The position numbers and the translations under genes are program-made. A model generated the notes under the pieces. The model saw nothing but the letters and a program-made list of their open reading frames with translations. It searched no databases and was not told where the DNA came from. Below, one piece after another: positions 33,684 to 43,900 of a stretch of DNA of 64,000 nucleotides (the first letter of the stretch is position 1; each line of letters opens with the position of its first letter). Source of the DNA: Bacillota bacterium (GTDB lineage: Bacteria > Bacillota > Clostridia > Peptostreptococcales > Anaerovoracaceae); contig JAFWZZ010000014.1 in NCBI GenBank assembly GCA_017522185.1, positions 21,604 through 85,603 on the forward strand, written 5' to 3'.

Positions 33684-36600
33684 ATGAAACGTATGAAACG
33701 ACTAAAGATTCTAATCCCGTTTATCATGGTTTTCCTTATGATAATGGGTGCAGAATCTGTTTCAGCTGCTGTCAGCACAGAGTTTTTGAGCAGCACTGAT
33801 GACATTACGGTTATTAGCTCTACAGCACATGATATCATTTATGGTGTGCGAGAAGGGGAGCTGGTCTTGCAGAAGTCTAACGGCGGCAAGGTAAAAGCTC
33901 ACGTTATCCTGGTAAAACCGTATGCAAAAGCAAAGTTTAAGGCAATTACACCAGGATATTATAAATCAGGAAGTACCAAGGCGACCAGAACTGCCGCAGG
34001 GTACTCCTTTACCTGGGGACTGCGAAGCGTTTCCGGCATGGTATCAGAGTATAACAGTGCGGCTGATACGGGAGCCAATCCGGTATTAGCAGCAGTCAAT
34101 GGAGACTTCTTCGTTGGATCCAGTCCAAGAGGTTCCGTCATCATGGAAGGTAGAGAATATATCGGTCCATATGGCGGTTATTCTTATGAGTATTTTTTTG
34201 CGAAGAAGTCTGACGGCGCCATAGGCATACTGGAACGTACAAGTCCACAGAAGAGCGTTGTCGAAGAAGCAATCTGTGGTCCTATGCACATTCTGTACAA
34301 TGGCCAGCTGAACGGCGTGGATAAGGAAGTAGTTGAAAGACAGAGAACCGGGGTTGCGATTAAGCCGAACGGTGACACTCTTATGATTACCGTAGAATCC
34401 GGTATCAGCGTAAAACATCTTGCGAAGCTCATGCAGGCATCCGGTTGCTGGAACGGATTGAATCTGGACGGCGGTGGTTCCATCACGTTCTTATCAAAGA
34501 GAAACGGCGGAACCCTGACAAAAAGAACGCCATCTCCAGGCTCCGGTTATCCTCTGGAAGGCGGAGAAAGAAAAGTATCTACTGCGCTGATGCTGGTAGC
34601 AGATAACAACGCAGTTGCAAACAATGTAAATACACCGAGCACACCTTCCCTTACAGTAGATAAGACGAAATATACCTGTGGGGAACCGATTAAGGTTACT
34701 GCCAGCACCGACAAAAAAGGCGCATGGGTAGGTCTCTATAAGGAAGGTGACGACATCAATTCCATGCCATCCTACTTCTGGTACTATACTTATGGGGTCA
34801 ATCAGTATCAGGCCTGGAGCTGGGAAAGCGGAAAAACCTATGACATTTTTACCGAGGGACAGTGCAACAATAGAGATGGTGCAGTCTCTGCAGGGACGCT
34901 TCCTGTAGGTAAGTACAAAGTCGTGCTGATCGATGACAGCACAGGCACAAGAAAGGTCCTGGCAAGTAAGTCCATCACTGTAGTGGCCGATACAGCCTCT
35001 TTCTCCATTAAGACGGATAAGGATGTGTATGCGGTAGGCGACCCAATCATGACCACCATGACGGCACCAGTTTCTGCAACGAATGCGTGGGCAGGTATCG
35101 TTGAGCACGGAGCAAAGGTTGATGATACTTATCCTACCTTCTTCTGGTATTACAACAGATTGGAAAACAGCGGCATCCAGCATGAAAACGGGGTTGCATA
35201 TAATATTCTGAAGCAGAGTATGATTGGCGACATCCCGTCAAAAGTCAATGGGGCTTTAATTGATAAAAATCAACGAATATTGAAGGCTGGAAAGTATGAT
35301 ATTTCTGTTTTCCTGACAGAGACAAACTATTCGGCAGTTGCAACAAAGACTATTACCATTGTCGACCCGAATACCTCATACAAAATTACATATAAAGATA
35401 AAGACGGGAAAACCCTGAGCGGACTTACCCCCTCTTCCTATACCTATAATACGGCCAAACTGGGCGCCGTCGCGCTGCCAAAGACAGCCACTAAGACTGG
35501 CTATAATTTTGGCGGATGGTACACTAACTCCGGACTGACGGGTCAATCGGTTACATCGATTCCAAAGGATAGTACGGGAGACAAGGTTTTCTACGCCAAG
35601 TTTGACCCGAAGACCTATGATGTATATTTCGATTCCAAGGGTGGAACCGAAGTTGCGAACCAGGTCGTATCTTACGGAAAGACTGCAACAGCACCAACGA
35701 ATCCGACAAGAGCTGGATATACTTTTGACGGCTGGACAACCTCTAGCAGCGGCAGCGGAACCAGCTTCAATTTCAGCACGACGATTACATCTAATATTAC
35801 GCTGTATGCGAAATGGAAAGCAAACGGCTATTCCATTACATATAAAGATGGATCTACTACCATGACAGGGTTATCCCCTACAAGCTATACCGTAGAAGCA
35901 GCAACCACGCTGCCGACTGCGGCAAAAACGGGCTATACCTTCTTGGGATGGTATGACAATGCAGACGGCACGGGCAGTGCGATTACAGTGCTTCCGAAGG
36001 GAAGTACCGGCAATAAGACTTTCTATGCAAAGTTTAAGGTTAACACTTATACAGTCACTTTTGATACCAAGGGTGGATCCAAAGTGCCATCCGTGAGTAT
36101 TAAATATGACAAGAATCTTGAAGAAGAGGAAAAGATCCCACCCAACCCGACTAAAACAGGTTATACCTTCAAGGGATGGGTGACTGCATCCGGCAGTAAG
36201 TACAATTTCAGTACGAAAGTTACAGGAAACATAACCATTTACGCGAAATGGGAGGAAAACAAATATACTGTAACCTTTAACTCTGAGGGAGGATCTAATG
36301 TAACATCCCAGACGGTTACCTACGGCCAGAAGGCCAGCGTGCCGACGAATCCAACGAGAAAAGGATACAATTTTGGAGGCTGGGTAACCACATCCGGCGG
36401 AACTACGGCATTCAACTTTAACAATGCCATTACGACAAACGTGACAGCCTTTGCGAAATGGAACCCAATCACCTACAAAATTTCCTTTGAATCCAACGGC
36501 GGAACAACCGTTGCTTACAAAGAATACACCATTGAAAGTGCAACGATTACACTTCCGACCATTTCCAAAACTGGATATAACTTTGGAGGATGGTATTCCA

Positions 36601-39600
36601 ATTCTGCCTGCAGCGGTAGTGCCGTAACCAAAGTGGCGAAGGGCAGCACAGGCAATAAGACATTCTATGCGAAATGGACGGCGAAAACCTATACGGTGAC
36701 CTTCGATACCAAGGGCGGATCCCAAGTGGATGCGGTAGAAGTCAGCTATGGAAGCACCGTATCAGAACCGGGAACACCGACAAGAACGGGCTACACCTTT
36801 GAAAAATGGGAAACTTCATCCGGCGGGCTTTTCAATTTCGCGACAGCCATTACGACAGACACAACCATCTATGCAAAGTGGAAGCGAAACACTTATACTG
36901 TTCGCTTCGATACAGACGGCGGTTCTGCTATTGACTCTCAAAGCGTCCTGTACGAAGGAAAGGTCGCACGCCCTGCGAATAATCCTACCAAGTTAGCTTA
37001 TAGCTTTGTGGGATGGGTGACGACTAAAGGCGGAACCGAGACCTTTGACTTCAATCAGGAGATTCTTGGGGATACTATCGTTTACGCGAAATGGAAACTG
37101 AAGGATAAGTATACGGTTTCCTTTGTGACTGGCAGTGAGTCAGTACCTGAGAACCAGGCGGTTCAGGAAGGCAAGATGGCAACGAAGCCTGCAACACCAG
37201 AGAAAAACGGATTTAATTTTGAAAACTGGTATAAAGATGCAGACTTGACGGAAGCGTTCGACTTTAGCGATCCAATTATGGGCAATACCACAATCTATGC
37301 TAAATGGAATCCCGTTTTCTATAACATTACATACAATGCCAACGGCGGTGATCCGGTTCAGGCTGACACTTACACCATCGAAACAGAGACCTTTGTATTG
37401 CCGAGCACGACAAAGAATGGATATCGTTTCTTAGGTTGGAAGGCTGCCGATGGAACACCATATACCAGCATTGAGAAGGGGTCAACCGGTAATTTAAGTC
37501 TGACTGCAAGATGGCAGGAAATTAAGAATATTGCCATCGATAAACCAGAGTACAACTTTGAAGATACAATCCACGTAACCACCAACTATGAGAAGGCTGG
37601 CGCATGGGTCGGCCTGTACAAGGTGGGAGAGACACCGGGAGCAGATAATTACATCCTGAAGTATGATGTGCCTGCAGCCGGTACAACAGAAGACCTGTAT
37701 ACTTCAAGACGTGTAACACGCAACGAAGCACGAAATGAATTTTATAAGGACACCGGAAAACTCAAGTCCGGTGCATACGAAATCTATATTTTTAAGGATA
37801 GCGGAACAGAGATCCTTGAAAAGATGTACTTCTCCATTGCTACGAAAATGGATGGGGAACCGGTTGTAACCCTGGCCAACTGTACCAAGGCTGGCGTTAC
37901 GACGATTTACTACACAGACGGTACAGTTGTCATGAGTGACAGCAAGTCCGCACTGGGTCATGATCTGGTATCGGCAACTTGTGAGGACAAGGGATATTGC
38001 CAGAGAGAAGGTTGTGACTATGAGACCGGTCTTGCTCTGGGACACAAGATGGAACTTGTTACAGAGAAAGCATCCAGCTGTACGGAAGACGGCAATGTCC
38101 GTCATTATGTCTGCGAACAATGCGACGGATACTTTGAGGATGAGGGTGGAACAAAGCCATTGGATAATGTGGTGATTTCTGCACCCGGACATAACATGAC
38201 TCATCATAATCAGGTTAATCCAACCTGTGAAGAGGACGGAACCAAAGGTTATTATTACTGTGACGCATGTCAGGTGCTTTTCGAAGACGAAGACGGTAAG
38301 TTTGTATTAGAGGATATCGTCATCGAGAAGACCGGCCATGTAGAAGGCGAGGCGGCAACCTGTACACAGCCACAGCACTGTGCTGTTTGCGATGAAGAAC
38401 TGCAGCCTGCACTAGGCCATACAGAAGGACCTGCCGCAACCTGCACGACAGATCAGAACTGTACGGTTTGCGGGGAACTCCTTGCAAAGGCCTTTGATCA
38501 TACGGCAGGCGCAGCACCAAGTTGCACAGAGGCACAGAGATGTATCACATGCGAAGAAGTTCTGAATGATGCATTGGGCCACAAGATAAAGGAACGCAGC
38601 TTATGTACAGAAAAGTACCAGTGTTCCGTATGTAATAAAGTATTGGCAGAAGGTAACGACCACGTACCGGGAGCAGCAGCAACCTGTACGACGCCACAGC
38701 GCTGCCTGGAATGCAGTTATGTCATAGAGGCTGTCAAACCGCATGATTTCTCACCGGCAAACTGTCAGTCAGAAAAAACCTGCTGGACCTGCGGTAAGAA
38801 GGAAGGCAGTTTAGGCGGACACGTTGCCGACAAGGATGCTCCAACCTGCACAGAAGGTCAGTACTGTACGATTTGTGATAAGCAGTTATCCAAGGCATTG
38901 GGCCACAAAAAAGGTGCTGCGGCGACTTGTACGACAGACCAGAACTGTACGGCATGCGGCGAGCTGCTTGTGAAAGCATTCGGTCATACGGAAGGTGCAG
39001 CAGCAACCTGCATGACTCCGCAGAAGTGTTTAGTATGTCAGCTTGTCCTGGAAGAACCGGATCCATTGCTGCATGAATCAGATTCTCTGGCAACCTGCAC
39101 GAAAGACCAGATTTGTAAAGTCTGCAAAGAGGTACTGTCAGAGGCACACGGCCATACGGAAAGTGTTGTAAAGGGTCAGGAACCAACCTGTACGGAAACA
39201 GGCTTGACTGATGGCAAAATGTGTTCCGTATGTTTGGTAACCTTACAGGAGAGAGAAATCATTCCTGCAAACGGACATAATCCTGGTGCACCAGCGACAT
39301 GTCTGACAACACAGCGATGCATGACTTGCCAGGCGGTTCTGGAAGGTACCGTAGATCATATCCCTGGTCCTGCAGCTACATGCACCACAGCCCAGAGCTG
39401 TACGGAATGTGGTCATGCACTGGTTCCAGGAACAGGACACAGCGCAGGTGCAAAGGCAACCTGTACGACACCGCAGACCTGCAAAAAGTGCGATACTGTG
39501 CTGAAGAAGGCACTGGGACATGCATGGATTAAGGGCAGCTGCACGGAAGATACTACATGCAGCCGCTGCGATGAAAGAATTGCGGCACCGGGTCATACAT

Positions 39601-40829
39601 TGGTAGAGACGGAAGCTGTGGAAGCAACCTGCAGCAAGACTGGTCTGACTGCTGGAGAAAAATGTAGTACCTGCGGTAAGGTGACGAAGGCACAGGATGT
39701 TATCGAAATGAAAGCCCACACGGAAACCGTGTTAGAAGGAAAAGAGCCAACCTGCACCGAATCCGGTCTGACTGAAGGCAAAATCTGCAGCGTATGCAAC
39801 ACGGTAACACAGCATCAGGACGTTATTGCGAAAAAGAATCATAAGCAGTCCATTGTTTCCGGCAAGGCAGCAACCTGCACGGAACCGGGCCTGACGGATG
39901 GCAGAATCTGTACGGTATGTAATGCGACAACCTTAGCACAGAAGGAAATCCCAATGACGGGCCACAACGAATCTGCGACTTCTGGCAAGGCAGCGACCTG
40001 CACCGAAAACGGCTACACAGATGGTGTGATTTGTCTGACATGTAATGAAGTCCTGGAAGCACAGGATATCGTTGCAGCATTGGGTCACAATGAATCGGTG
40101 ATTTCCGGTAAAGAGGCAACCTGCATGGAAGACGGCATAACCGATGGTGTGGTTTGTCTGACTTGCAACAAGACTCTGAAGAAACAGGAAACCATTGCAG
40201 CACTGGGACACCAGGGCGAGGTTTCTATTACGGCGGCAACCGATAAACAGGATGGTCAGCTTCTGGATACCTGCAACAGATGTAACCTTGTATTGTCCAA
40301 GCAGACTATTACTGCCATTGATAAAATAAAACTGTCCTGCAAGACTTATGCATATAACGGAAAGGTGAAAACACCAACCATTACGGTGAAGGATAAAAAG
40401 GGAAATATCATTTCCGATGCGTTCTATACCGTAGAGGTTCCGGAAGGCAGAAAGAATGTAGGCACTTATACCTATACGATTACCTTCAAAGAACAGTATG
40501 CTGGAACCAGCACACTGAAGATGACCGTGAACCCTGCAAAACCAACTAAACTGACAGTGGCTGGCAAGAAGAATGCGGTAACGGTAAAATGGAAGAAAGT
40601 TTCAAACCAGGCGACTGGCTACGAAGTGATGTACTCCACATCCAAGACTTTCAAGAAGGGCACTGAAACCAAGACTAAGAAGATCAAGAAGATCAAGACG
40701 ACGAACCTGAACATCAATAAACTAAAGGCAAAGAAGACCTATTATGTGAAAATCAGGACATATAAGCTAGTCGGAAAGACTAAATACTATTCTTCCTGGT
40801 CTGCAGTAAAACAGGTAAAGACAAAATAA
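33684..40829 (+). CDS. Secreted giant protein P2 (2381 aa): phosphodiester-glycosidase (NAGPA-like) head, 3 WVGLYK modules, 10 Listeria-Bacteroides repeats, about 24 Cys3-His modules, Ig/MBG-like module, Lys-rich FN3
   Basis: I prefer the ATG at 33684 because it begins a signal peptide (MKRMKRLKILIPFIMVFLMIMGAESVSA). The head carries AAVNGDFF and LNLDGGGS motifs. The repeats were read directly. Confidence 0.85.
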   Translation: MKRMKRLKILIPFIMVFLMIMGAESVSAAVSTEFLSSTDDITVISSTAHDIIYGVREGELVLQKSNGGKVKAHVILVKPYAKAKFKAITPGYYKSGSTKATRTAAGYSFTWGLRSVSGMVSEYNSAADTGANPVLAAVNGDFFVGSSPRGSVIMEGREYIGPYGGYSYEYFFAKKSDGAIGILERTSPQKSVVEEAICGPMHILYNGQLNGVDKEVVERQRTGVAIKPNGDTLMITVESGISVKHLAKLMQASGCWNGLNLDGGGSITFLSKRNGGTLTKRTPSPGSGYPLEGGERKVSTALMLVADNNAVANNVNTPSTPSLTVDKTKYTCGEPIKVTASTDKKGAWVGLYKEGDDINSMPSYFWYYTYGVNQYQAWSWESGKTYDIFTEGQCNNRDGAVSAGTLPVGKYKVVLIDDSTGTRKVLASKSITVVADTASFSIKTDKDVYAVGDPIMTTMTAPVSATNAWAGIVEHGAKVDDTYPTFFWYYNRLENSGIQHENGVAYNILKQSMIGDIPSKVNGALIDKNQRILKAGKYDISVFLTETNYSAVATKTITIVDPNTSYKITYKDKDGKTLSGLTPSSYTYNTAKLGAVALPKTATKTGYNFGGWYTNSGLTGQSVTSIPKDSTGDKVFYAKFDPKTYDVYFDSKGGTEVANQVVSYGKTATAPTNPTRAGYTFDGWTTSSSGSGTSFNFSTTITSNITLYAKWKANGYSITYKDGSTTMTGLSPTSYTVEAATTLPTAAKTGYTFLGWYDNADGTGSAITVLPKGSTGNKTFYAKFKVNTYTVTFDTKGGSKVPSVSIKYDKNLEEEEKIPPNPTKTGYTFKGWVTASGSKYNFSTKVTGNITIYAKWEENKYTVTFNSEGGSNVTSQTVTYGQKASVPTNPTRKGYNFGGWVTTSGGTTAFNFNNAITTNVTAFAKWNPITYKISFESNGGTTVAYKEYTIESATITLPTISKTGYNFGGWYSNSACSGSAVTKVAKGSTGNKTFYAKWTAKTYTVTFDTKGGSQVDAVEVSYGSTVSEPGTPTRTGYTFEKWETSSGGLFNFATAITTDTTIYAKWKRNTYTVRFDTDGGSAIDSQSVLYEGKVARPANNPTKLAYSFVGWVTTKGGTETFDFNQEILGDTIVYAKWKLKDKYTVSFVTGSESVPENQAVQEGKMATKPATPEKNGFNFENWYKDADLTEAFDFSDPIMGNTTIYAKWNPVFYNITYNANGGDPVQADTYTIETETFVLPSTTKNGYRFLGWKAADGTPYTSIEKGSTGNLSLTARWQEIKNIAIDKPEYNFEDTIHVTTNYEKAGAWVGLYKVGETPGADNYILKYDVPAAGTTEDLYTSRRVTRNEARNEFYKDTGKLKSGAYEIYIFKDSGTEILEKMYFSIATKMDGEPVVTLANCTKAGVTTIYYTDGTVVMSDSKSALGHDLVSATCEDKGYCQREGCDYETGLALGHKMELVTEKASSCTEDGNVRHYVCEQCDGYFEDEGGTKPLDNVVISAPGHNMTHHNQVNPTCEEDGTKGYYYCDACQVLFEDEDGKFVLEDIVIEKTGHVEGEAATCTQPQHCAVCDEELQPALGHTEGPAATCTTDQNCTVCGELLAKAFDHTAGAAPSCTEAQRCITCEEVLNDALGHKIKERSLCTEKYQCSVCNKVLAEGNDHVPGAAATCTTPQRCLECSYVIEAVKPHDFSPANCQSEKTCWTCGKKEGSLGGHVADKDAPTCTEGQYCTICDKQLSKALGHKKGAAATCTTDQNCTACGELLVKAFGHTEGAAATCMTPQKCLVCQLVLEEPDPLLHESDSLATCTKDQICKVCKEVLSEAHGHTESVVKGQEPTCTETGLTDGKMCSVCLVTLQEREIIPANGHNPGAPATCLTTQRCMTCQAVLEGTVDHIPGPAATCTTAQSCTECGHALVPGTGHSAGAKATCTTPQTCKKCDTVLKKALGHAWIKGSCTEDTTCSRCDERIAAPGHTLVETEAVEATCSKTGLTAGEKCSTCGKVTKAQDVIEMKAHTETVLEGKEPTCTESGLTEGKICSVCNTVTQHQDVIAKKNHKQSIVSGKAATCTEPGLTDGRICTVCNATTLAQKEIPMTGHNESATSGKAATCTENGYTDGVICLTCNEVLEAQDIVAALGHNESVISGKEATCMEDGITDGVVCLTCNKTLKKQETIAALGHQGEVSITAATDKQDGQLLDTCNRCNLVLSKQTITAIDKIKLSCKTYAYNGKVKTPTITVKDKKGNIISDAFYTVEVPEGRKNVGTYTYTITFKEQYAGTSTLKMTVNPAKPTKLTVAGKKNAVTVKWKKVSNQATGYEVMYSTSKTFKKGTETKTKKIKKIKTTNLNINKLKAKKTYYVKIRTYKLVGKTKYYSSWSAVKQVKTK
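35376..37520 (+). repeat. Ten roughly 70-aa Listeria-Bacteroides (InlB B-repeat / Flg_new-type) repeats in P2
   Basis: The recurrent pattern is Y.VTFD..GGS.V..Q.V.YG..A..P..PTK.GY.F.GW.T......F.F...IT.D.T.YAKW. Confidence 0.85.
37872..40326 (+). repeat. About 24 tandem Cys3-His mini-modules in P2 (26-49 aa each)
   Basis: Each module was enumerated by eye. The pattern is C-x5 or x10-C-x2-C-x9..22-H, mostly ending (A)LGH. Confidence 0.9.
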
Positions 40830-40973
40830 ATGACTTTTCGGCGGGGTGCTGAATGCAAAGTACTCCGCCTGTAAGTAAATAATTTTCTAATTAGAAAAAC
40901 CCCGGCCAGATGTAAACAGGCAGGGTGTAGTCTATGGGAAAACATGGTTTTCCACAAAAGAAGGGAGAAAAAA

Positions 40974-43900
40974 ATGTTTACAGAAAGGAAAAATGGAGCT
41001 CATTGGCTTGCAGTCATACTGCTGGCATTGGTGTTTATCCTCATTCCGGCTCTGACGCCTGACGGCGCTTACGCGGCAAATGGTGTTGACGTAGGAACGG
41101 AGTACGAAGGGTATTTTTATGGCGAAACCATAAAGATTTTCGGCGATACCAGTGGGGATAATGTGGACACCGCAGAATGGGTCGGCTTGTATAAAAAAGG
41201 TGATATACCGGGTGAAGATTCTTCGTTGTATTACTACGATCCAGGTGCACATAGTAACTGGGATAATCAATATGTAACCCTCCAAACCCTATTTAACAAC
41301 AAATCTTGTAGTGATATCGGGGGAACTTATGTGACAAACCAGAGTGCTTTTAAACATCTGGAGCCTGGATATTACACAATCTATTTGTTTAAATCCGAAA
41401 CATTGAATTCCAGCGGTACCTACGACGAATGGGAACACGTAGATTTCTATGTATATGATTTTAACAAAGCAAGTATTAGCGGATGCCAAAGCAGTACATT
41501 TGACTTAGGGCTTGGTACCAACTATCCGGATTCCTGGAAGAACGACTGGATTGCGTTATTCCCATGCGATTCAGATGGTAATGTTAGCAGTTGGACGCCA
41601 GCCTACTGGCAGTACTGCACAACACTGCTGGATGGGGATGATAATGGTTGGGCTACGATAGCATTCTCAAAACTGAACAAAACGACTGACATTAGTACTG
41701 CAAATCGTAATAGCGATTACTTTCTGCTTGCGTATCTGTATGAAAACAATGTCACGGAGTCTGAATACAAGAAAGTTATCTCGAAGAGCTACGTTGTCAA
41801 TGTAAAACACAGCTGGAATGCTGGCACGGTAACAACAGCCGCAACATGTACAGCGACTGGCGTTAAAAGCCATACATGCTCAAGCTGTAATGCTACAAAG
41901 ACATCCACGATTGATAAAATTGCTCACACAGAGACTAGCAGCGTTACTAAAGCGGCAACCTGTACCGCTAGCGGAACCAGAACTTATACATGTTCTGTGT
42001 GTAAGGGCACCCTTAGGACTGAAACAATCAGTGCGACCGGACACAGTTATACGAGTCAAACCACGACTTCAGATTATTTAAAATCGAAGGCAACATGTAC
42101 GGCAAAGGCAGTATATTATTATAAATGTGCAAACTGTACAGCGAAGGATACTTCGAAAACTTATACGTCCGGATCCGTAAACGCAAGCAACCATACAGGA
42201 ACAAAAGTCGATGGTGGTACAGAGACTGCTCACCAGAAATGGAACTGTTGCGATGCGGCTGCCAATGCAGACCACACCTATACCAAGACTACAAAGACGG
42301 AAGCAACCTGTACAACAAAAGGTACCTCAAAGTATACATGTGCATGCGGATATTCTTATACCTCTCAGGATATAGCGAAAATTGCACATACCTATACTAG
42401 TAAGACTACCACTGCTGATTATTTAAAAACAGCAGCAACATGTACTGCAAAAGCAACATATTATTATAAATGTACTGGCTGTACAGCGAAGGATACTTCG
42501 AAGACTTATACTTCAGGAAGCAAAGACGCAAGTAACCATACAGGAACAAAGGTTAATGGTGGAACGGCCGAGGTGCACCAGAAATGGAACTGCTGTGATG
42601 CGACGGACAATGCAAATCACAGTTATACTACTTCCACAGTTGATGCGACTTGTACCAGTGATGGTAAGACAACAAAATCATGTAATTGCGGATATTCTTA
42701 TGATACCGCGATCACAAAATTAGGCCATGATTTTACGGAAAAAAATACTGCGTCTAAATATCGAAAGTCTGTAGCTAACTGCGTTTCCGCAGCCGTGTAT
42801 TACAAAAAGTGTATCAGATGTGAAGAAAAAGGGACTAGTACATTCACTAGTGGAGAAAAGGATTCTAGTAATCACAAAAATCCAACACCTGTTTATGGTG
42901 GAACAAAAGCTGTTCACACAAAATACGAGTGTTGTGATGTAACTGCCAGTGCAAAACACAGCTATACAGAAAAAGTTGAGAAGGAAGCTACTTGTAAAGA
43001 AACAGGAACGAAAAAACATACATGTGCGTGTGGATATTCTTACAGTGAAACCATTGATGTAACTGACCATACTTACGCACAGGAGATAACGGCACCTACT
43101 TGTACAGAGGATGGTTACACCACAAAGACTTGTAGCGTTTGTAAGAAAACGGAGAAGATAAATCCAACGGACAAATTAGGTCACGAATTTGTTAAATACG
43201 TTGTTGATGCAACACCTACATGCTCGGCAGTGGGAAGCGAATCTTCTAAATGTAGCAGATGTACTGCTACGCATACGAGAGAACTCCCAACAATTCCATG
43301 TAGTGCAGGGGATGAGGCAACTTGTACATCTGCACAGGTCTGCATATATAACTGCGGAAAGGTGTTTGTAGGAGCACTGAATCATTATAATACGAAGGAC
43401 CTGCCGGCAGTTGAGCCAACTTGTACAGAAACAGGTTTGACTGCAGGTAAGGTGTGTCAGCTTTGTGGTGTTACTCTTGTGACACAGACAACCGTCAATG
43501 CTACCGGTCATGTAAACTTAGTCAACCTCGAAGCGGTAAAAGTTACATGTACAACTAACGGGCTGACAGCGGGTACGAAATGTAGAGACTGTGGTACGGT
43601 AACCGTTCCTCAGCAGATTATTTTTGCAGAAGGCCATAGCTATGGTGATTCCACCACGGTAAAACCAACCTGTACAACACAGGGTTATTCTGAGAAGATC
43701 TGTGGTGTTTGCGGCGATACACAGAAGAGCAATTTTGTGAATAAACTGGGCCATGATTGGGCAGATGCTACCTGCTTTGCAGCAAAAGAATGTAAGGTGT
43801 GTCATACAACCGAAGGCGGCAAGTTAGCACACTATCCAGTTGTGATTCCTGCAAAGAACCCAACTTGTACGGAAGCAGGAAATTACGAACATTATCAGTG

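Noticed and set aside
37872-40326. The Cys-rich arrays as multi-haem c-type cytochromes, or as RiPP/SCIFF-type radical-SAM substrates.
   Set aside because: The CxxC pairs are not followed by His (no CxxCH). The modules sit inside 2000-aa signal-peptide proteins, and no cytochrome-maturation or radical-SAM genes are nearby.
40530-40829. Sortase (LPXTG), SLH, choline-binding or GW-type anchoring signals at the C-termini of P1-P4 and P6.
   Set aside because: All of them end in a soluble Lys-rich FN3 domain with no LPXTG-like motif, hydrophobic tail or known wall-binding repeat that I can see.
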